DNA from: Cladosporium halotolerans
Taxonomy: Eukaryota
Direction of reading: 5' to 3'
Length of the DNA: 64,000 nucleotides
NCBI RefSeq assembly: GCF_011745625.1
Contig: NW_027191466.1
Location: 310,001-374,000 of the forward strand
A program made the position numbers and the translations under genes. This document shows positions 1-13,428 of this stretch, one piece after another; positions within the stretch are counted from its first letter, which is position 1, and each line of letters opens with the position of its first letter. Under the pieces are notes generated by a model. It was not told the origin of the DNA, did not search any database, and saw only the letters and a list, made by a program, of their open reading frames with translations.

Positions 1-1
1 G

Positions 2-307
2 GACAATCTGCAGTTTGTGGAGCATCTGAACAGCAAGCAGCATCTTGTTGCTACTGGAGAGAGTGGCGAGGTGCGGAGAGCGACGCTCGAGGAGGTGAAG
101 GATCGGTTCGAGTGGTTGAAAAGGAAGCGAGACGAGGAGACCGCGAAAGATGCGGTGGATCTTGGGACGAGGATTGAGAATGCGAGGGAGATCGAGGAGA
201 AGGAAAGAGAGGAGAAGAGGCGGAAGAGGAATGAGAAGAGACGCAAGACCAAAGATGGCATGGGTGTGCCCGAGGTGAAAGTCGAGAATGACGGGAACAT
301 CTTCTAA
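2..307 (+). CDS. SNU23: 3' part of U4/U6.U5 tri-snRNP zinc-finger protein Snu23/ZMAT2 (5' end outside window)
   Basis: Open frame from position 2 reads DNLQFVEHLNSKQH...RATLEEVKDRFEWLKRK, then a charged tail. This matches the end of the U1/matrin-type zinc finger (HxNSKxH) and the following helix of Snu23/ZMAT2. Confidence 0.8.
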   Translation, partial: DNLQFVEHLNSKQHLVATGESGEVRRATLEEVKDRFEWLKRKRDEETAKDAVDLGTRIENAREIEEKEREEKRRKRNEKRRKTKDGMGVPEVKVENDGNIF

Positions 308-978
308 GCAGGCGAGAGTCACCGCGGAATGAAGAAGACGAGCTTGCTTGGGATAATTACTTTGCTATGGGTTAGCGAGGCGTTGGGAGACTTTGAATGT
401 GTGCAAGGCTGCACAGTCATGATTGTATCAATGAATAAGAAACGCGAATGACAATAAACCATGAATTTGGCATAGACATCGCATCTTCTTCGCGACGGCC
501 GCAAATTGGGACGTATCACGGCACGGCGAACTGATTATCTGTGTCATTGTATGTATTTGAGCGCATGGCAATCGGGAAACGACGGTCCTGGGGATCGAAA
601 GATCTCTTATATCGATAGCTCCCATGTGCCGGTCGTACATGTGACAATCATCGCACTACTCACTTGCCTTTCATATGTCATTAGCCATTTCACTTATCGT
701 CACGTGCTTCTATGAGGCTCTGCGGGTAATCATTCCCTGCATGAAGCGCGTCCAGGACGTGCTTCCCGCGCGCCAAAACGCCGATCGCCGAGCGCTTCAA
801 GGTAAACAGAAACAAACTTAGCTGCAACAGTACAACAACAAGCGCCCTTCCGCGCAGTTTAGCGCTCACTCCTTGACAATTTCTGCTTTACTTTCTCTTC
901 GCAGCGCATGACGAGGCTTCGGTGATTCGTTCAGCGCAAGTCTACTAATCATACAGCTCAAAACCCCTCATCAGCAGG

Positions 979-3900
979 ATGGACTCGGACGAATCCGCGT
1001 TCGAGATGGACGCCAGCAGTGACTTCGAGCCTGCGCCCAAGGCTGTGAGTGGAGTGTTCCACTCACATGATTGTAGAGTCACATGCTGACACGTGAATAG
1101 AAGGCGAAGGCTCCAGCTAAAGCACCCGCGAAGAAAGCAGCAGCACCAAAGCCCAAGGCAACGAAGCAGACGACCCTTAAGACCACCAAAGCTCCCGCAA
1201 AGGCTGCGCCCAAGAAGCGCGCAAAACCTGATTCAGATATCGAGAACTCCGACGAGGACATGGATGACTCGATGCACGACGACACCCTTCTCTCAAATAC
1301 ACCCCCTTCCGCCAAGAAGCAGAAAAAGGCGCCCGCAGCGAAGAAGGCAGCCAGCCAGCCCCTTGCAGAGATGGAGAACGAGAGCTATGCTGTCGATGGG
1401 GCTGCAGAGGGCAAGCCTAAGGCCACGAAGAAGGGGGCGACGGATCAGTACCAGAAGCTCACTCAGCTGGAGCACATCTTGAAGCGTCCCGATACCTACA
1501 TTGGCTCAGTCGAGAGCACAACGGAGCAGATGTGGGTCTTCAACTCGGAAACTGTTGCCATGGAAAACCGCAAAGTCTCTTTCGTGCCTGGTCTGTACAA
1601 GATCTTCGACGAAATCTTGGTCAACGCTGCGGATAACAAGCAGAGGGACAAGAACATGAACGAAATGCGTGTGGAAGTGAACCGCGAGGAGGGCATGATA
1701 TCCGTGCGCAACAATGGTCGTGGTATCCCTATTGAGATGCACGAGAAAGAGGGCATCTGGATTCCCGAAATGATTTTCGGTCACCTTCTCACGTCTTCAA
1801 ACTACGACGACGAAGAAGCCAAAGTCACCGGTGGTCGCAACGGTTACGGTGCCAAGCTCACCAACATCTACAGTACGGAATTCTCTCTGGACACAGTGGA
1901 CTCGAAATCGAAGCAGAGGTACCGTCAAACATGGCGCAACAACATGGGCAACATGGAGAAAGCGCGTATCGACAAGGCGAAGGGCGATGACTACACAAAA
2001 ATTACTTTCAAGCCTGATTTTAGTAAATTTGGCATGAAAGAGATGGATGATGATTTCGAGGCTCTCGTCAAGCGCCGTGTCTACGACATGGCTGGCACAT
2101 GCACTGGCATCAAGGTATACCTGAACGGCGAACGAATCAAGATCAACAAATTCAAGCAGTACATGGAAATGTACACCAAGGCCATCAAGACCGAGAACAT
2201 TGCCGACAACGGCACTGCGCCTGAACAGGTCATCTTGACCGACAACCCTCACGAGCGTTGGGAGATTGGCTTCGCCGTGTCAGATGGTGCTTTCCAGCAG
2301 GTGTCTTTCGTAAACTCCATTGCGACTACTCACGGTGGCTCGCACGTCAACTACGTTGCGGATCAAATCATCGACAAACTCGAGGAGATTGTCATGAAGA
2401 AGAACAAGGGTGGCGTGAAGCTCAAGAAAGCGCAGATCAAGAACCACATCTTCCTGTTTGTCAATTGTCTGATTGTCAACCCCGCCTTCACATCGCAAAC
2501 CAAGGAGCAGCTCACAACGAAAGTTAGCGCTTTCGGCAGCAAGCCTCAAGTCAGCGACAAGTTCTTGAAGGATATCGCGAAGACGGAGGCGGTCAACAAC
2601 ATTATTCACTTCGCGCAGCAGAAGGCCGACAAGGTCCTGGCTAAGTCTGATGGCAACAGACGTCAGCGCATGAACAACTCCAAGCTCACGGATGCCAACA
2701 AGGCTGGCACGAAGGACGGCTGGAAGTGTACCCTCATCCTCACAGAAGGTGACTCAGCTTCGCTACTTGCGTTGGCTGGTCGTGCAGTCGTCAACCCCGA
2801 TCTCTTCGGTGTCTTCCCTCTACGTGGTAAGATGCTGAACGTACGTGATGCAACCATCGATCAGATCTCGAAGAACCAGGAAATCCAGAACATCAAGAAG
2901 TTTATGGGACTTCAGCATAAGAAGGACTACTCCGACACGAAAGGCTTGCGATACGGCCACCTCATGATCATGACCGATCAGGATCATGACGGTTCTCACA
3001 TCAAGGGTCTACTGATCAACTTCTTGCAAGTCCAATTCCCCAGCTTGCTCAAGTTGCCTGGTTTTCTCATGGAATTCATCACTCCCATTGTCAAAGTCTG
3101 GAAGGGCGACCCAAAACACCCGAAGGCGAAGCGAGACTTCTTCACCATGCCTGAGTACGAGAGCTGGAAGCAGGAGCCAGGCCATCAGAAAGGCTGGGAG
3201 CACAAGTACTACAAGGGTCTGGGAACCTCGGACACAACTGACGCTGAAATCTACTTCGCGGACCTGGACAAGCATCTCAAGGAGTTCCACACGATGCAGG
3301 AGGGTGAACCCGAGCTCATCGATTTGGCCTTCTCCAAGAAGAAGGCGGATGCTCGTAAGGGTTGGCTGCAAGAGTTCAAGCCAGGCACCTATCTCGACAT
3401 GTCTGGCACCGAGCGCATCACGTACAATGACTTCATCAACAAGGAACTGATTCTGTTCTCGATGGCGGACAACCAGAGATCTATCCCCTCCGTCATTGAT
3501 GGCTTCAAGCCTGGTCAGCGCAAGGTTCTCTACACTTGTTTCCGCCGCAATCTGAAGAAGGACGTCAAGGTCGTGGAGCTGGCTGGCTCAGTTTCTGGTC
3601 TGACTGCCTATTCTTACGGCGATGTTTCCCTTCAGCAGACCATCGTGGGTCTTGCGCAGAACTTCGTCGGCTCGAACAACATCAACTGCCTGGAGCCGAG
3701 TGGTAACTTCGGTTCTCGTCTTCAGGGTGGACAAGACGCGGCCAGCGCCCGTTACATTTACACCCGGTTGTCTCCCTTCGCCCGTCGCATTTTCCACCAG
3801 ACCGACGAGCCGCTGCTCACCTACAACACCGATGATGGCAAGCAGATCGAGCCCGAGATGTACGTTCCGATCGTCCCCATGATCTTGATCAACGGAGCGG

Positions 3901-6206
3901 ATGGTATCGGCACTGGTTGGAGCACTTCCATTCCCAACTACAGCCCGGTCGACGTGATCGAGAACCTCAAGCGCCGTATGCTCAAGGACGCCGACAAGTC
4001 ATCTATGATCCCCATGAAGCCTTGGTTCCGTGGTTGGACTGGTGAGGTCGAAGACATTGGCGGCGAGCGCTACAAATTCAGTGGCCGTATCACTGAGACT
4101 GGAGAATGCGAGGTCGAGATCACTGAGCTTCCTGTTCGTCTGTGGACCCAGACCTTCAAAGACAGGCTCGAGGAGATCATCAAGGCCGAGAAGGTGCCCT
4201 CTTTCATCAAGGACTACACGGAGTACAACACCCCATCGAAGGTCCACTTTATCGTCAAGATGGAGGAGAAGAAGATGAAGGACTGCCGCGGCAATGAGAA
4301 GGTGCTGGAGGAGACGTTCAAGCTTTCCACCACGATGGCGACCACCAACCTCGTCGCCTTCGACGCGGAGGGCCGCATTCACAAGTATGCCTCGCCGCTC
4401 GACATTCTGGAGGAATTCTACGGCGTCCGCCTGATCTTCTACCAGAAGCGCAAGAAGTACATGCTTGACGAGCTGCAAAAGGAGCTTGACAAGTTCACCA
4501 ACCAGGCGCGCTTCGTCAAGATGATCATCGACGGCAAGCTCGTCGTCTCGAAGAAGAAGAAGTCCCAACTTGTCGCTGAGCTTGACAAGCTCGGCTTCAC
4601 TCGCTTCCCCAAGGTCATCGACGCCAAGAAGCAGGGCGAGTTTGAGGCTGTCGTCGAGCAGGACGACGAGGAAGCTGACGACGCGGAAACCGCCGCCGGC
4701 GCCAACGACTTCGACTACCTGCTTGGCATGGCTATCTGGTCGCTGACTCAAGAGCGAGTGGAGAAGCTGAACCGCCAAATCGGCGACAAGGAGATGGAGA
4801 TCGACTCTCTGAGCGCCAAGTCGCCCAAGGACCTGTGGACCCTTGACCTCGACGCTCTGCTGGAAGAGTGGCAGACGCAGCTGGACGAGGAGGCGAAGCT
4901 CGAGAAGAAGGTGAAATCGAAGGGCCGTCGCACTTCTGCGAAACTTGGCATCGGTAGCAAGGCTTCCAAGAAACGCAAGGCTGGCGACAGTGACGACGAC
5001 TCCGACGGGGACTTCATCGCCACGAAGAAGCCAAAGGCTGCTCCTAAGACGAAGAAGGGCGCCGCAAGCAGCGCTCTTCTGGCCATGCAGATCGATGGAG
5101 CCGGCGGTGACGACGTTGCGATGGCCAACGGCATTGAGCAGAAACCCGTGACCAGGCCTCCTGCCGAACAGCAGAGCACACTTGACAATGCGTTCGAGAG
5201 GTTGAAGTCGAAGTCTTCGACGTCGACGCCGGAAGTCGAAAGCAAGCCGGCTACCGCTGGTGCAGCCAAGAAAGCGACGGCCAAAGCACCCGCAAAGGCT
5301 CCTGCAAAGGCCGCGCCGAAGAAGAAGGCAGAGCCTGTCGAGCTCAGCGATGATGAGGATGACTTCCTCGCCATCGCAAAAGAAGCGCCCGCTAAGCCCG
5401 CTGCTACCGGCCGCACAGGCAGGGCCGCCGCGCAGAAGGCCAAGAGCTACAAGCTCGCCGAGGACAGCGACGAAGAGATGTCCGACGTCAACGACAGGCT
5501 CGAGGACGTGAGCGCAATGGTTAAGGGCATTGGTGCTGGCGCCGGTGAGGGAGCCACCAGGTTCTTCCACCCGCCGTCCGCGGTTCGTCCGTCCAGCAGT
5601 CACAGCGGTCTCAAGGCGAAAAAGAAGATCATGGACGATGAGGATATCTCCGCCGATGAGACGGATTGGGCTGCTCTTGCGCAGAACTCGCCGATGAAGG
5701 CTACCGATCGCACGCTCTTGTCAGAGGAGGGCTCTGAGGATCTCGACATGGAGCCTGCGCCCAAGCCTGCTGCTAAGGCGGCCTCGAAGCCAAAGGCCGC
5801 TGCGGCCCCCAAGGCGACCGGTGCTCTCAAGCCCAAGAAGGCTCCCGCTGCTGCTGCTGCTGCCACGGCGGCGCCGAAGACTCTTTCTCCAGCTGCGAAG
5901 GCTTACGCTGCTAAGCAAGCGAAGAGCGGAGCTGCCAGCAAGGCGCCAGCTTCCAAAGCGAAGAAGGTGATCTCCGACGACGAGGACGAGTCTGTCGATG
6001 CGCTAGCCAATGACATCCTTAGCGACGACGATCTGGACAGCCCAGCGCCCGCAAAGAAGTCGGCTGCGCCCGCTCCTGCTGCTGCCAGGCCCTCGAGGAG
6101 AGCTGCAGCTGCAAAGCCGAAGGCCAAGTATGCTCTCTCTGATGAGGACGAGGATGACTTCGACCAGGAGAGCGAGGAGGACTACGATGAAGATGACAGC
6201 GAGTAA
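979..6206 (+). CDS. TOP2: DNA topoisomerase II; exons 979-1044, 1101-6206
   Basis: GHKL ATPase motifs (EILVNAADN, GGRNGYGAK), TOPRIM (LILTEGDSA, PLRGK, MTDQDHDGSHI), catalytic ASARYI, acidic/basic C-terminal tail. Intron 1045-1100 (GTGAGT...GCTGAC...TAG) joins the upstream ATG exon in frame. Confidence 0.97.
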
Positions 6207-6456
6207 GGGGATGATGGAAGACGGCCAATGGCCAACGACTTTTCGTATTTCCTTTTGCTTTTCGGGTGCCGGCTTCAAGCAGCACACGGTGTTTCTTTCG
6301 GAAAGGATCATGCGGTTCGCGGTGTGTAATAATAGCTATGCTTCATGCAGTACTCGATATCCGCCAATGCACGTTTCATTACTTTCATTCAATATGATAT
6401 TCTGCCAATTAGGTTTTCACGTGGAATCTTTGCCGGCTTTTCGATTGATCGACTGC

Positions 6457-7227
6457 TTACTTCTTCTCCGCCATCTTCGCCAGCCTAGCCTTAGTACCCT
6501 CAAGAACCTCCTTCGCATCGTAGATACCCAGCACGCTAGGCCTCGACCTCACTGCCTTAGCCCACTTGCTGAAGTTCGGAAGGGCGTCCAGCTGCTTCGC
6601 CAGCGACTTAGGCGCCAGCTCGCCATCCTCCGAAGCGTCAATCAGCCTGACCAGGAACGGCGCAATCAGGGCCTCAGCCAGCGTGAGCTCCTGCGAGCCG
6701 TTGAAGAACGGCGCCGCGTTCTTGAGCAAAGGCTCGATTTCCTTCTCGACGGCAGCGACAGTTTTGGCGGCGATTTCGGCTTTCGCCTCCTCGCCAGAAG
6801 CCAGGAAGAGCGGGAACAGGTTCGAGCCGACCTTGGTGCTCCAGGTGTCGGCGAAGAAGTTAATCCGCGCGCGCTGCAGAGCGGACGTCGGCGACTCCTT
6901 GCTCGCGGGCAGGAAAGGGCCCGGGAAGGCGTCGGCGAGGAACTGGGCCACGACGGCGGACTCAGTGATGATCTCGTCATCCAGCACGCCGGGGACGGAG
7001 TAGGCGATTGTCGGCACGAGGCCGCGCGGGTTGAGGTCGAGGTACCATTGCGGGCGCGGGGTGTTGAGGTCGATGATGACTTCGGAGTAGGGCAGGTTGA
7101 GCTCCGTGAGGGCGATGTGGGCTCTATGGGCGTAGGGGCACTTGTGGTTGGTGTAGAGGGTGATTTTGGGGGGAGTCGGGCCCGGGTTGACGGTTGCGTG
7201 GGCGGCGCCGTTAGTGTGGGCGGCCAT
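6457..7227 (-). CDS. Glutathione S-transferase (omega-like, CPY active-site motif)
   Basis: Single-exon 256 aa ORF with KCPYAHRA, LNPRGLVPTI, ITESAVVAQFLAD and a GST C-terminal helical region (LTLAEALIAPF). Confidence 0.88.
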   Translation of the reverse strand: MAAHTNGAAHATVNPGPTPPKITLYTNHKCPYAHRAHIALTELNLPYSEVIIDLNTPRPQWYLDLNPRGLVPTIAYSVPGVLDDEIITESAVVAQFLADAFPGPFLPASKESPTSALQRARINFFADTWSTKVGSNLFPLFLASGEEAKAEIAAKTVAAVEKEIEPLLKNAAPFFNGSQELTLAEALIAPFLVRLIDASEDGELAPKSLAKQLDALPNFSKWAKAVRSRPSVLGIYDAKEVLEGTKARLAKMAEKK

Positions 7228-8082
7228 TTTCTGAATGCTTGTGGGAGTTTGGAGTGAAGTTGGGGAGTTGCTTGTTACTCTGGGCCAATCTGTTAGCTTT
7301 ATGCTTTTTGTTCGACTGTTGTGTGCGTGATGTTCTGAAGCAGCAAAAGCACAACACCGATGACGTACGGCTTGAAATGGGCAGCGAGAGAAGCGAGTCT
7401 ACGAGCGGACATCAAAAGGGCTTCAGAAGTAGTGGACCGGACTAAATATGCGAGCATATGCACGAGGACTAAGTCTTGTATAAACACGGCATTGTGCTAG
7501 ATGAAATCCAAAGTGTATTGGTCAGCAACTGAGGAGATTGCGCGATGCCATCCTCCTCGGCGTCGACTTCTCGGGCTCGGGCGAACAAACAACTCCGGAC
7601 CCCGTGCCACGCATTTGTCAAGATGTCTCCCTGGTGCCCTCGCGAAATGTACGCGTTATGATCTGGTGCTGTCATTTAGTGAATATGATGAACAGCGGTT
7701 TGGAAAGGCGTTTCAACAGACAGCTTGCATAAATCCACAAACCAAGGCATTGGAAGCACGAGATGGTCGTAAAGGGGCAGATAGCGAATCAACGCACAAT
7801 TCATGAACTAAGAACAGCTATGTAGGACTTGACTATAGCGCGTCCGAGATTAGGCGCCATGGAGCTACGTAAGTACACATCATTGGTCGATAACCCAGCG
7901 CAATCATGCATAACGTGCTCGATCGAGCAATCATGGTAGAGAAAAGAGATCGCTGCATGTCCCGGCCGTTGAGTCCTGTCGTCCTATTCCGTCCAGATAT
8001 CCAAATTCATGTATGTCGGCGACCAAGAAAGTCGCTTGTATGTCAATGACACTAGTCCTTCAATTCATTCAGTGTCCTTCAT

Positions 8083-9928
8083 TCAAGCCTGTGAGCGACC
8101 ACCAAACTCGCCGCGGCAGAGATCGAAGAGCACCTGGGCAGCACTCTGGGTATCGAAAGATGCGTTGGTCATGGTATCGTCGTTGACGGCCGGCTCGTCG
8201 TCACCGCTGGACTCAGATGCCTCTTCCTTGTAGGAGGGAACACGGTGAGCGCGCCGAGCCCTCTTCTTTGGCAAAGCCGGCAGTGGAGAGGCGTCCATGT
8301 TGGAAGTCTTTCCATCTGTTGACGAGCTATCCGTGATAGCGGCGCTGTCAAGATCGCCTTCGCGCTCGGATGTCGGGCGCTTGCGAGTGTAGTGTCTTCC
8401 CATCGCAGCCTTCTGCAATGGCATGTCATTTGGCGCAGGTGAGGCAGAGCGCCGACCGTCTTGGTCGCGCCAGGAGTTGCAAGGCGAATTGGGAAGGGTG
8501 CGCGAAGTCGTAAGGAGCTTAAGAGGGTGGGTGGAAGATTCGGTCGGGTCATTCTGTTGGTAGGCTGATGAGGAACTAGGTGAACCGTTGATGCTGGTCC
8601 AGCCTGTATTGGCACGAGCGTAGATAGCGGAGGGCGATGACTTGGGCGAAAGAGCAAAGTCACCGTTATCGAAGCCATCCTTCAGTTGGCGGTGGTACCC
8701 CTTCTTGGTGTCCTGAGTGAAAGGAGAGCCGAGTTTGAAAGCAGGCTTGTCTCTCCTAGGACGCATGTCATGGCCCGAAGCTGGTGCTGAAGTGGGAGGC
8801 AGCGGAGCCGGATAGCCACCGGCGTTGTAAGTGGCCTCTGTTGCTGGAGTCACGCTGCGACTGGCTTGAGATTTCCAAATATCCGCTTCGGACTGTGCTT
8901 TGCGGACTATGTCGGCGCTGATCTTGAAGCGCTTGTAGTCGACGTGGTCTGGCGGCAAACAATCCTTGACGAATGAATGACCAAAAACAGGCGTCAGAGC
9001 CCAGCGGATGGGATGACAGAAAGTCAAGCAAATCGCGCGAGCGCAATCGAAAGGGACCCAGTAGCCTTGAGCGATGAGCGCGCCACCGGTGATACTGTGA
9101 CAGAGTTCTTTGAGTCCTGGGTTCGTCGACAGCGCTTTTGCTGGAGTAGTCTTAGAAGAGGTGAGCGAGACATGAACTATTCGAGGATTTGCCGGCGAAC
9201 GTACCTTGCTAAAGCCACAAGCCTTGAAGCAAGGCGTGATGCGCACAAGACCGATCTGGTAGTCCCACATCACGGTGTAGAGCTTGTGGTCCGGATCCTC
9301 TGGCACGACAAATGTGTATTGGAAGACTAACATACGTCAGCGGATGTTCGCATACTGAATCAAAGCAATGGTCAAGTGTAGGCTTACCTTCGAACGCTTC
9401 CCTGCCGGTCTTTTCGAAGAAACCCTTTTTCTCACTCGTATAAGGAATGTGTTTTGGAAGTTCTCTGATCTTATCGCGTGGGAGATCAAAAGGTGAGAGA
9501 CGGAACCTCTTGTGCTGCTCCGTAAGCTCTGCCCTCTGGGCAAAAGTAAGAATTAGCGACGGAGCATTGCACTCGGTCGGCTCATAGTTGACTGGATTCT
9601 GGGGAGCTTTTGGAGAAGTCAAACCACCATCTTTGCCCGTCTTCTGACGTCTTGAAGGAGGCACGTTTGGTGTGGCCGAGTCAGGGGTATCCGGAAATGG
9701 CGTGTATGACTGCGTGGAGTCGTTTGATGTAGAGGCTGGCGTTGGTGGTGGGCTCGCCGATTCGTTGTTTTGTTTGTCAGGAAGCTCATGGCAGAGGATC
9801 CTCTGGATTCTCATTTGGTCGCTCGTGGTCATTTCAGCCATGATATCGCTGGTCACACTGTCCCGACGAGTGTGGTTTGGGGTGGCAGGAGTGAGAGGCA
9901 CCTCCTGTGTGGTTGGAATTGAAGGCAT
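8083..9928 (-). CDS. XBP1: APSES/KilA-N transcription factor, Xbp1 type; exons 9928-9388, 9326-9205, 9150-8083
   Basis: [63 protein letters not shown] are typical of filamentous-fungal Xbp1-like proteins. Introns 9387-9327 (GTAAGC...CTGAC...TAG) and 9204-9151 (GTACGT...AAG) restore the frame. Confidence 0.82.
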
Positions 9929-11914
9929 ACCGCAGAGTTAAGGAGAAGAGCAGTGCTCAAAGGAGCGAACAAACACCCAGCGAGGCGATCAACAGGGTTG
10001 TGTCGAAGCAGGATCAGCCAAGAGCGAGGAGTAGCCTTATACTGCAGGGGATGAGTCCAAGGAGCCAGTCACCAGGTGAGATTTCTGACCCAGTGCGTTA
10101 AGCTCTCTGAGACACTGTTGGCGTGCGTGTGGCGGACGGCAGCGATTTACATGTATTGCAGTTCTGTCAAAGAGACATGCAGATCAAAGATGAGCACGGT
10201 CAACGCACGGCTCGGTACAGCATGGTTTGCGGTGCTTCGCATGGGCGGGATCGTGGCAGTGTTTGCATGGAAGGCCCAGCCGGTGGTGTGGGAGGCTTGG
10301 AGTTTGCGGTGTGGGACAAAGCATGTACGTCTTGAGCGCTTGCTTGCGCTAGACTCATGCGATCTCAGCCTTAAGTATAGGCCTGTCCGTAATTGTAGCT
10401 TTGGAACACTTGACGCTGATCCAGATGCACGAGGCTACGTGCGTGGAAAGGTCTAGGCTCGTGGGTAAGTGGCGATACTAAGACCTCAAGTCAGACGAGG
10501 GTTTTGGCAGGGTGTAATGTCCCACTTTTGAGAAGCCGAAGGACTATTGATGTGACGCTGGGTTGGAGGTTTGAAGGGTGCTCATAGCCAATTGCATAGT
10601 GCGATGACAGTCCAAAGCACGTAATCTGGAGTCTCACAATAGTTACCTTGTCGCACGCTCGTCCACAGTACGCGCTCAAAGATTGTGGAACCTCGTCAAC
10701 AGCCTTTGACGGTTGAAGCCCCTGCACCATCCGCACGGGATAGCACGGATACGTCGAAGTACACTTTCGGAGTTCAGGGTGGTGGCGTAACATTTGCTCG
10801 GCAGATTGGAGGCTGAAAGCTCGTCACAATCAGACAAAGCAAGATTATGGGACGCCACGCGCCGGAGTCCAGGTACGCCTACTTCGAAGGCGTGTATGCA
10901 TTTCTCGCATCTTTGCGACATGGGGTCTGCAGATCTTGACGAACGGGCTGTGTGGGTCCTGTTGCAACGAGCCGTGAAGCTGCAGGTGCTTGCTGCGTCG
11001 TTCCGTGAACCGAGCCAGGTTTGAGCTCCAAGAGCAGGGCATGGCGCCCAATGAGAAAATCTCCCGATGGCTACGGGAGCCAATGTCGCAGATGCTGGCA
11101 CAGCGACTCCCGTCAATAGAGGTGACTCGAACTCATGTCCGAGGTCACATCGCCCAAGCTCTTGCGTAGTCGAGGAGGTGCTTTTTGCCGCGACGCTCGG
11201 CCAGCTTCTGTCCATGAAGGCGATGGCTAAATCAATGCAGGAGTCCAATGCCTGACATCGGCTACTCGTCACCGCCACTGCAAGGCTGAAGCGGCCCATG
11301 GCGGTCCTGCAGATGTAAGGAAGAATGCCTGCGCTGCACTAGTTTCAGGCACGGCCTCCTGGGGCGCATCGCCCTGCAAGAAATAGCACTCGGCCAATCA
11401 AGGCCTCGAACTGGTTCACCGCGACGGCTAGACCGCTGTTCTGTACAACCGTTCGTCCGGCACGTTCCCGCCTGTCAAAGCAAGCCACTCGATTGACAGG
11501 CCAGTCGTACAGGGTTGCCGTCAGGTCGGCCGAGGACGCCATAGGCGCGGTCGTCGCACAGAAAACAGCCAAGTAGGCTCGGAGGACCTGCCGAGCCAAG
11601 GTCGATGGCGATGGAATGACGGGAGGCTGGTGTGGCGAGACGCTGCGAGTAGCCGCCAATATCGGCGTGAGGTGTTGTCTCTGGGCTTGGCGCCGTCCGT
11701 CTCGATGTTGCGAGTCAAGGAAACGAGGAGATGAGAAATCTCAGGAGATTGAACTCGATCTCACTTTCCTGGAATCGGGTAGGAGTAATCTGATAGTCCA
11801 GCCAAAATTGGCGATCCGAGGTCCTAGGGTAGCCCAGAAGGACGACTAGCTCCAATACCACCCTGGCCAACACGCCACCCGTCATGTATAGAACCGCACT
11901 TCCAGAGGAAAACT

Positions 11915-12514
11915 TCAGCCCCGCCCCCTTCCTTTCTTACTACTGCCTCTATCACTGTGCCCACTGTCTCTCCTAGCCCTCCTCCTCCCAGGCTGCGGTC
12001 TCACCACCATCTCGCTCTTCTCGTCCGGGAAATTAATCTCCACCAGCCCGAAGAAGTAGTCCAACATCTCCGGGTACATCAAGCAAGCCTTCCTCCAGTC
12101 CGCGTCGACACCTATTCTTAGATTCGTCTCCGCGTTCCTCAGCTGGTCCTGCAAGTAGGCAAATTCGCGCGGCGGCAGCGGCGGGCGGCCGTTGTAGTGT
12201 TGCCACAAGCCGTAGTAGGGGAGCGTGTGCAGGTACTGGATGTGAGCTTCGAGTCGAGAAGCTTTGGCGCGCGCGAAGAGATGCAGGACTTGGAGGCGGG
12301 CTTGGTTCAGGACCCAGTCGCTGGAAGGAATCTTAGCTTTTTCTAGGTGCCTAGGAGACCGTGATGCTTACCTGATTCTCTGGACTCCGGCCCACCTATC
12401 TTGCGCTTGATGTAGAGCCAGCTCCAAGCGCTCTCCCTCGTGGTGGCATTCGGGAAAGGGAGGAGCATTGCAGATGGCGCAGCGAGGCTGTAAGGGTGGG
12501 TGGACGCTGTCCAT
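11915..12514 (-). CDS. Conserved-looking fungal hypothetical protein (182 aa) with N-terminal CxxC-x7-CxH motif; exons 12514-12372, 12320-11915
   Basis: ATG at 12514 reads MDSVHPPLQPRCAICNAPPFPECHHEGERLELALHQAQDRW. A phase-2 intron 12371-12321 (GTAAGC...GCTAAG...CAG) joins it to ...SDWVLNQARLQ...LRIGVDADWRKACLMYPEMLDYFFGLVEINFP; total 549 nt in frame. Confidence 0.75.
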
Positions 12515-13428
12515 GATAGTGAAGGTGATGTGAAGTCCGCAGAGTGAGTGGAGCTGAGCAGACAGTCGTAGGCGTTCGCCTGAAGTCCGCTCTCCGGATA
12601 TGTGGCGGTCAATAGAGTTACAGGCAAAAGACCTCGCCCATGCCTCTTATCGTCATCCGACCAGCAGCAGAAGCGTACATGTAGCGCGGACTAGAACGAG
12701 CGCAAGCGCTGATCGGAGTCCTGAGCGAAAGTCCGCAAGATCAAAGGAAGGAAATGTGAAGAAGAAAGTCCAGATACTTGCGGCCCTTACGAGTGATGAG
12801 GTTGGGCTCTTGAGAGATTCCCTGACCGTAGGCCCGGCCCACAGCCTCCGAGGCACTAGCTTACATTCAAGATCAACTTTGGCGGTATTACGTGCAGCCA
12901 TGTCAACAGCTGCAGGATCGCGATTACACCGATTGGGCCAGCCTGCATGTTGCGCTGGCTGGCGCTGTGGAGGCTTGAGGTGGAGGCTTGATGCCGAGTC
13001 CGAGCCCGGGTGGGTAATGTAAGCAGGTTACCTTGGGACCACAGACGAATGGTGCATGCTTAGCCTCGGACACCGTCGTTGGAAACATGAGCCCAAGACA
13101 TGACGACGAGCATTGGGCGAAGTCACGAGTGAAGTGAAGGGATTGTGGTTGTGCGACGTCAAGACGCCGTCCGGCAGTTTGTCGATCCCCGCTCCAAGCC
13201 GGCGATCCCGGCACAAGTGGATCAAAGGGACCCATGCAGGTCTCGATACAGTACGACAGCTACACGTCGCCTACGGTCAATGGAACGAAACGTGGATCTG
13301 GCAGGGCAAGTGCTGCAGTTGTGGCTTGTCTGCGCTCAGGCACTTTAGATCACTGCGTGTCTAGATCACTGTATGCGTTTCGTCAACGGCACACCGTAGC
13401 TGTGCACGGATGCCCCAGCGATTACTCC

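Noticed and set aside
802..808. Forkhead-like site GTAAACA and nearby CGCG motifs upstream of TOP2
   Set aside because: Plausible for a cell-cycle gene, but short motifs are expected by chance; unsupported without conservation data.
3999..5603. 534-aa antisense ORF inside TOP2 (likewise 6010-7257 +, 19558-20619 -, 36216-37430 -, 44808-46166 -, 48544-49821 -)
   Set aside because: Shadow ORFs. High GC3 in the real genes depletes stops on the opposite strand, and the translations show no domains.
10076..11849. Several 100-200 aa ORFs between XBP1 and the small hypothetical gene
   Set aside because: No codon bias, motifs or consistent splice model; treated as intergenic or promoter DNA.
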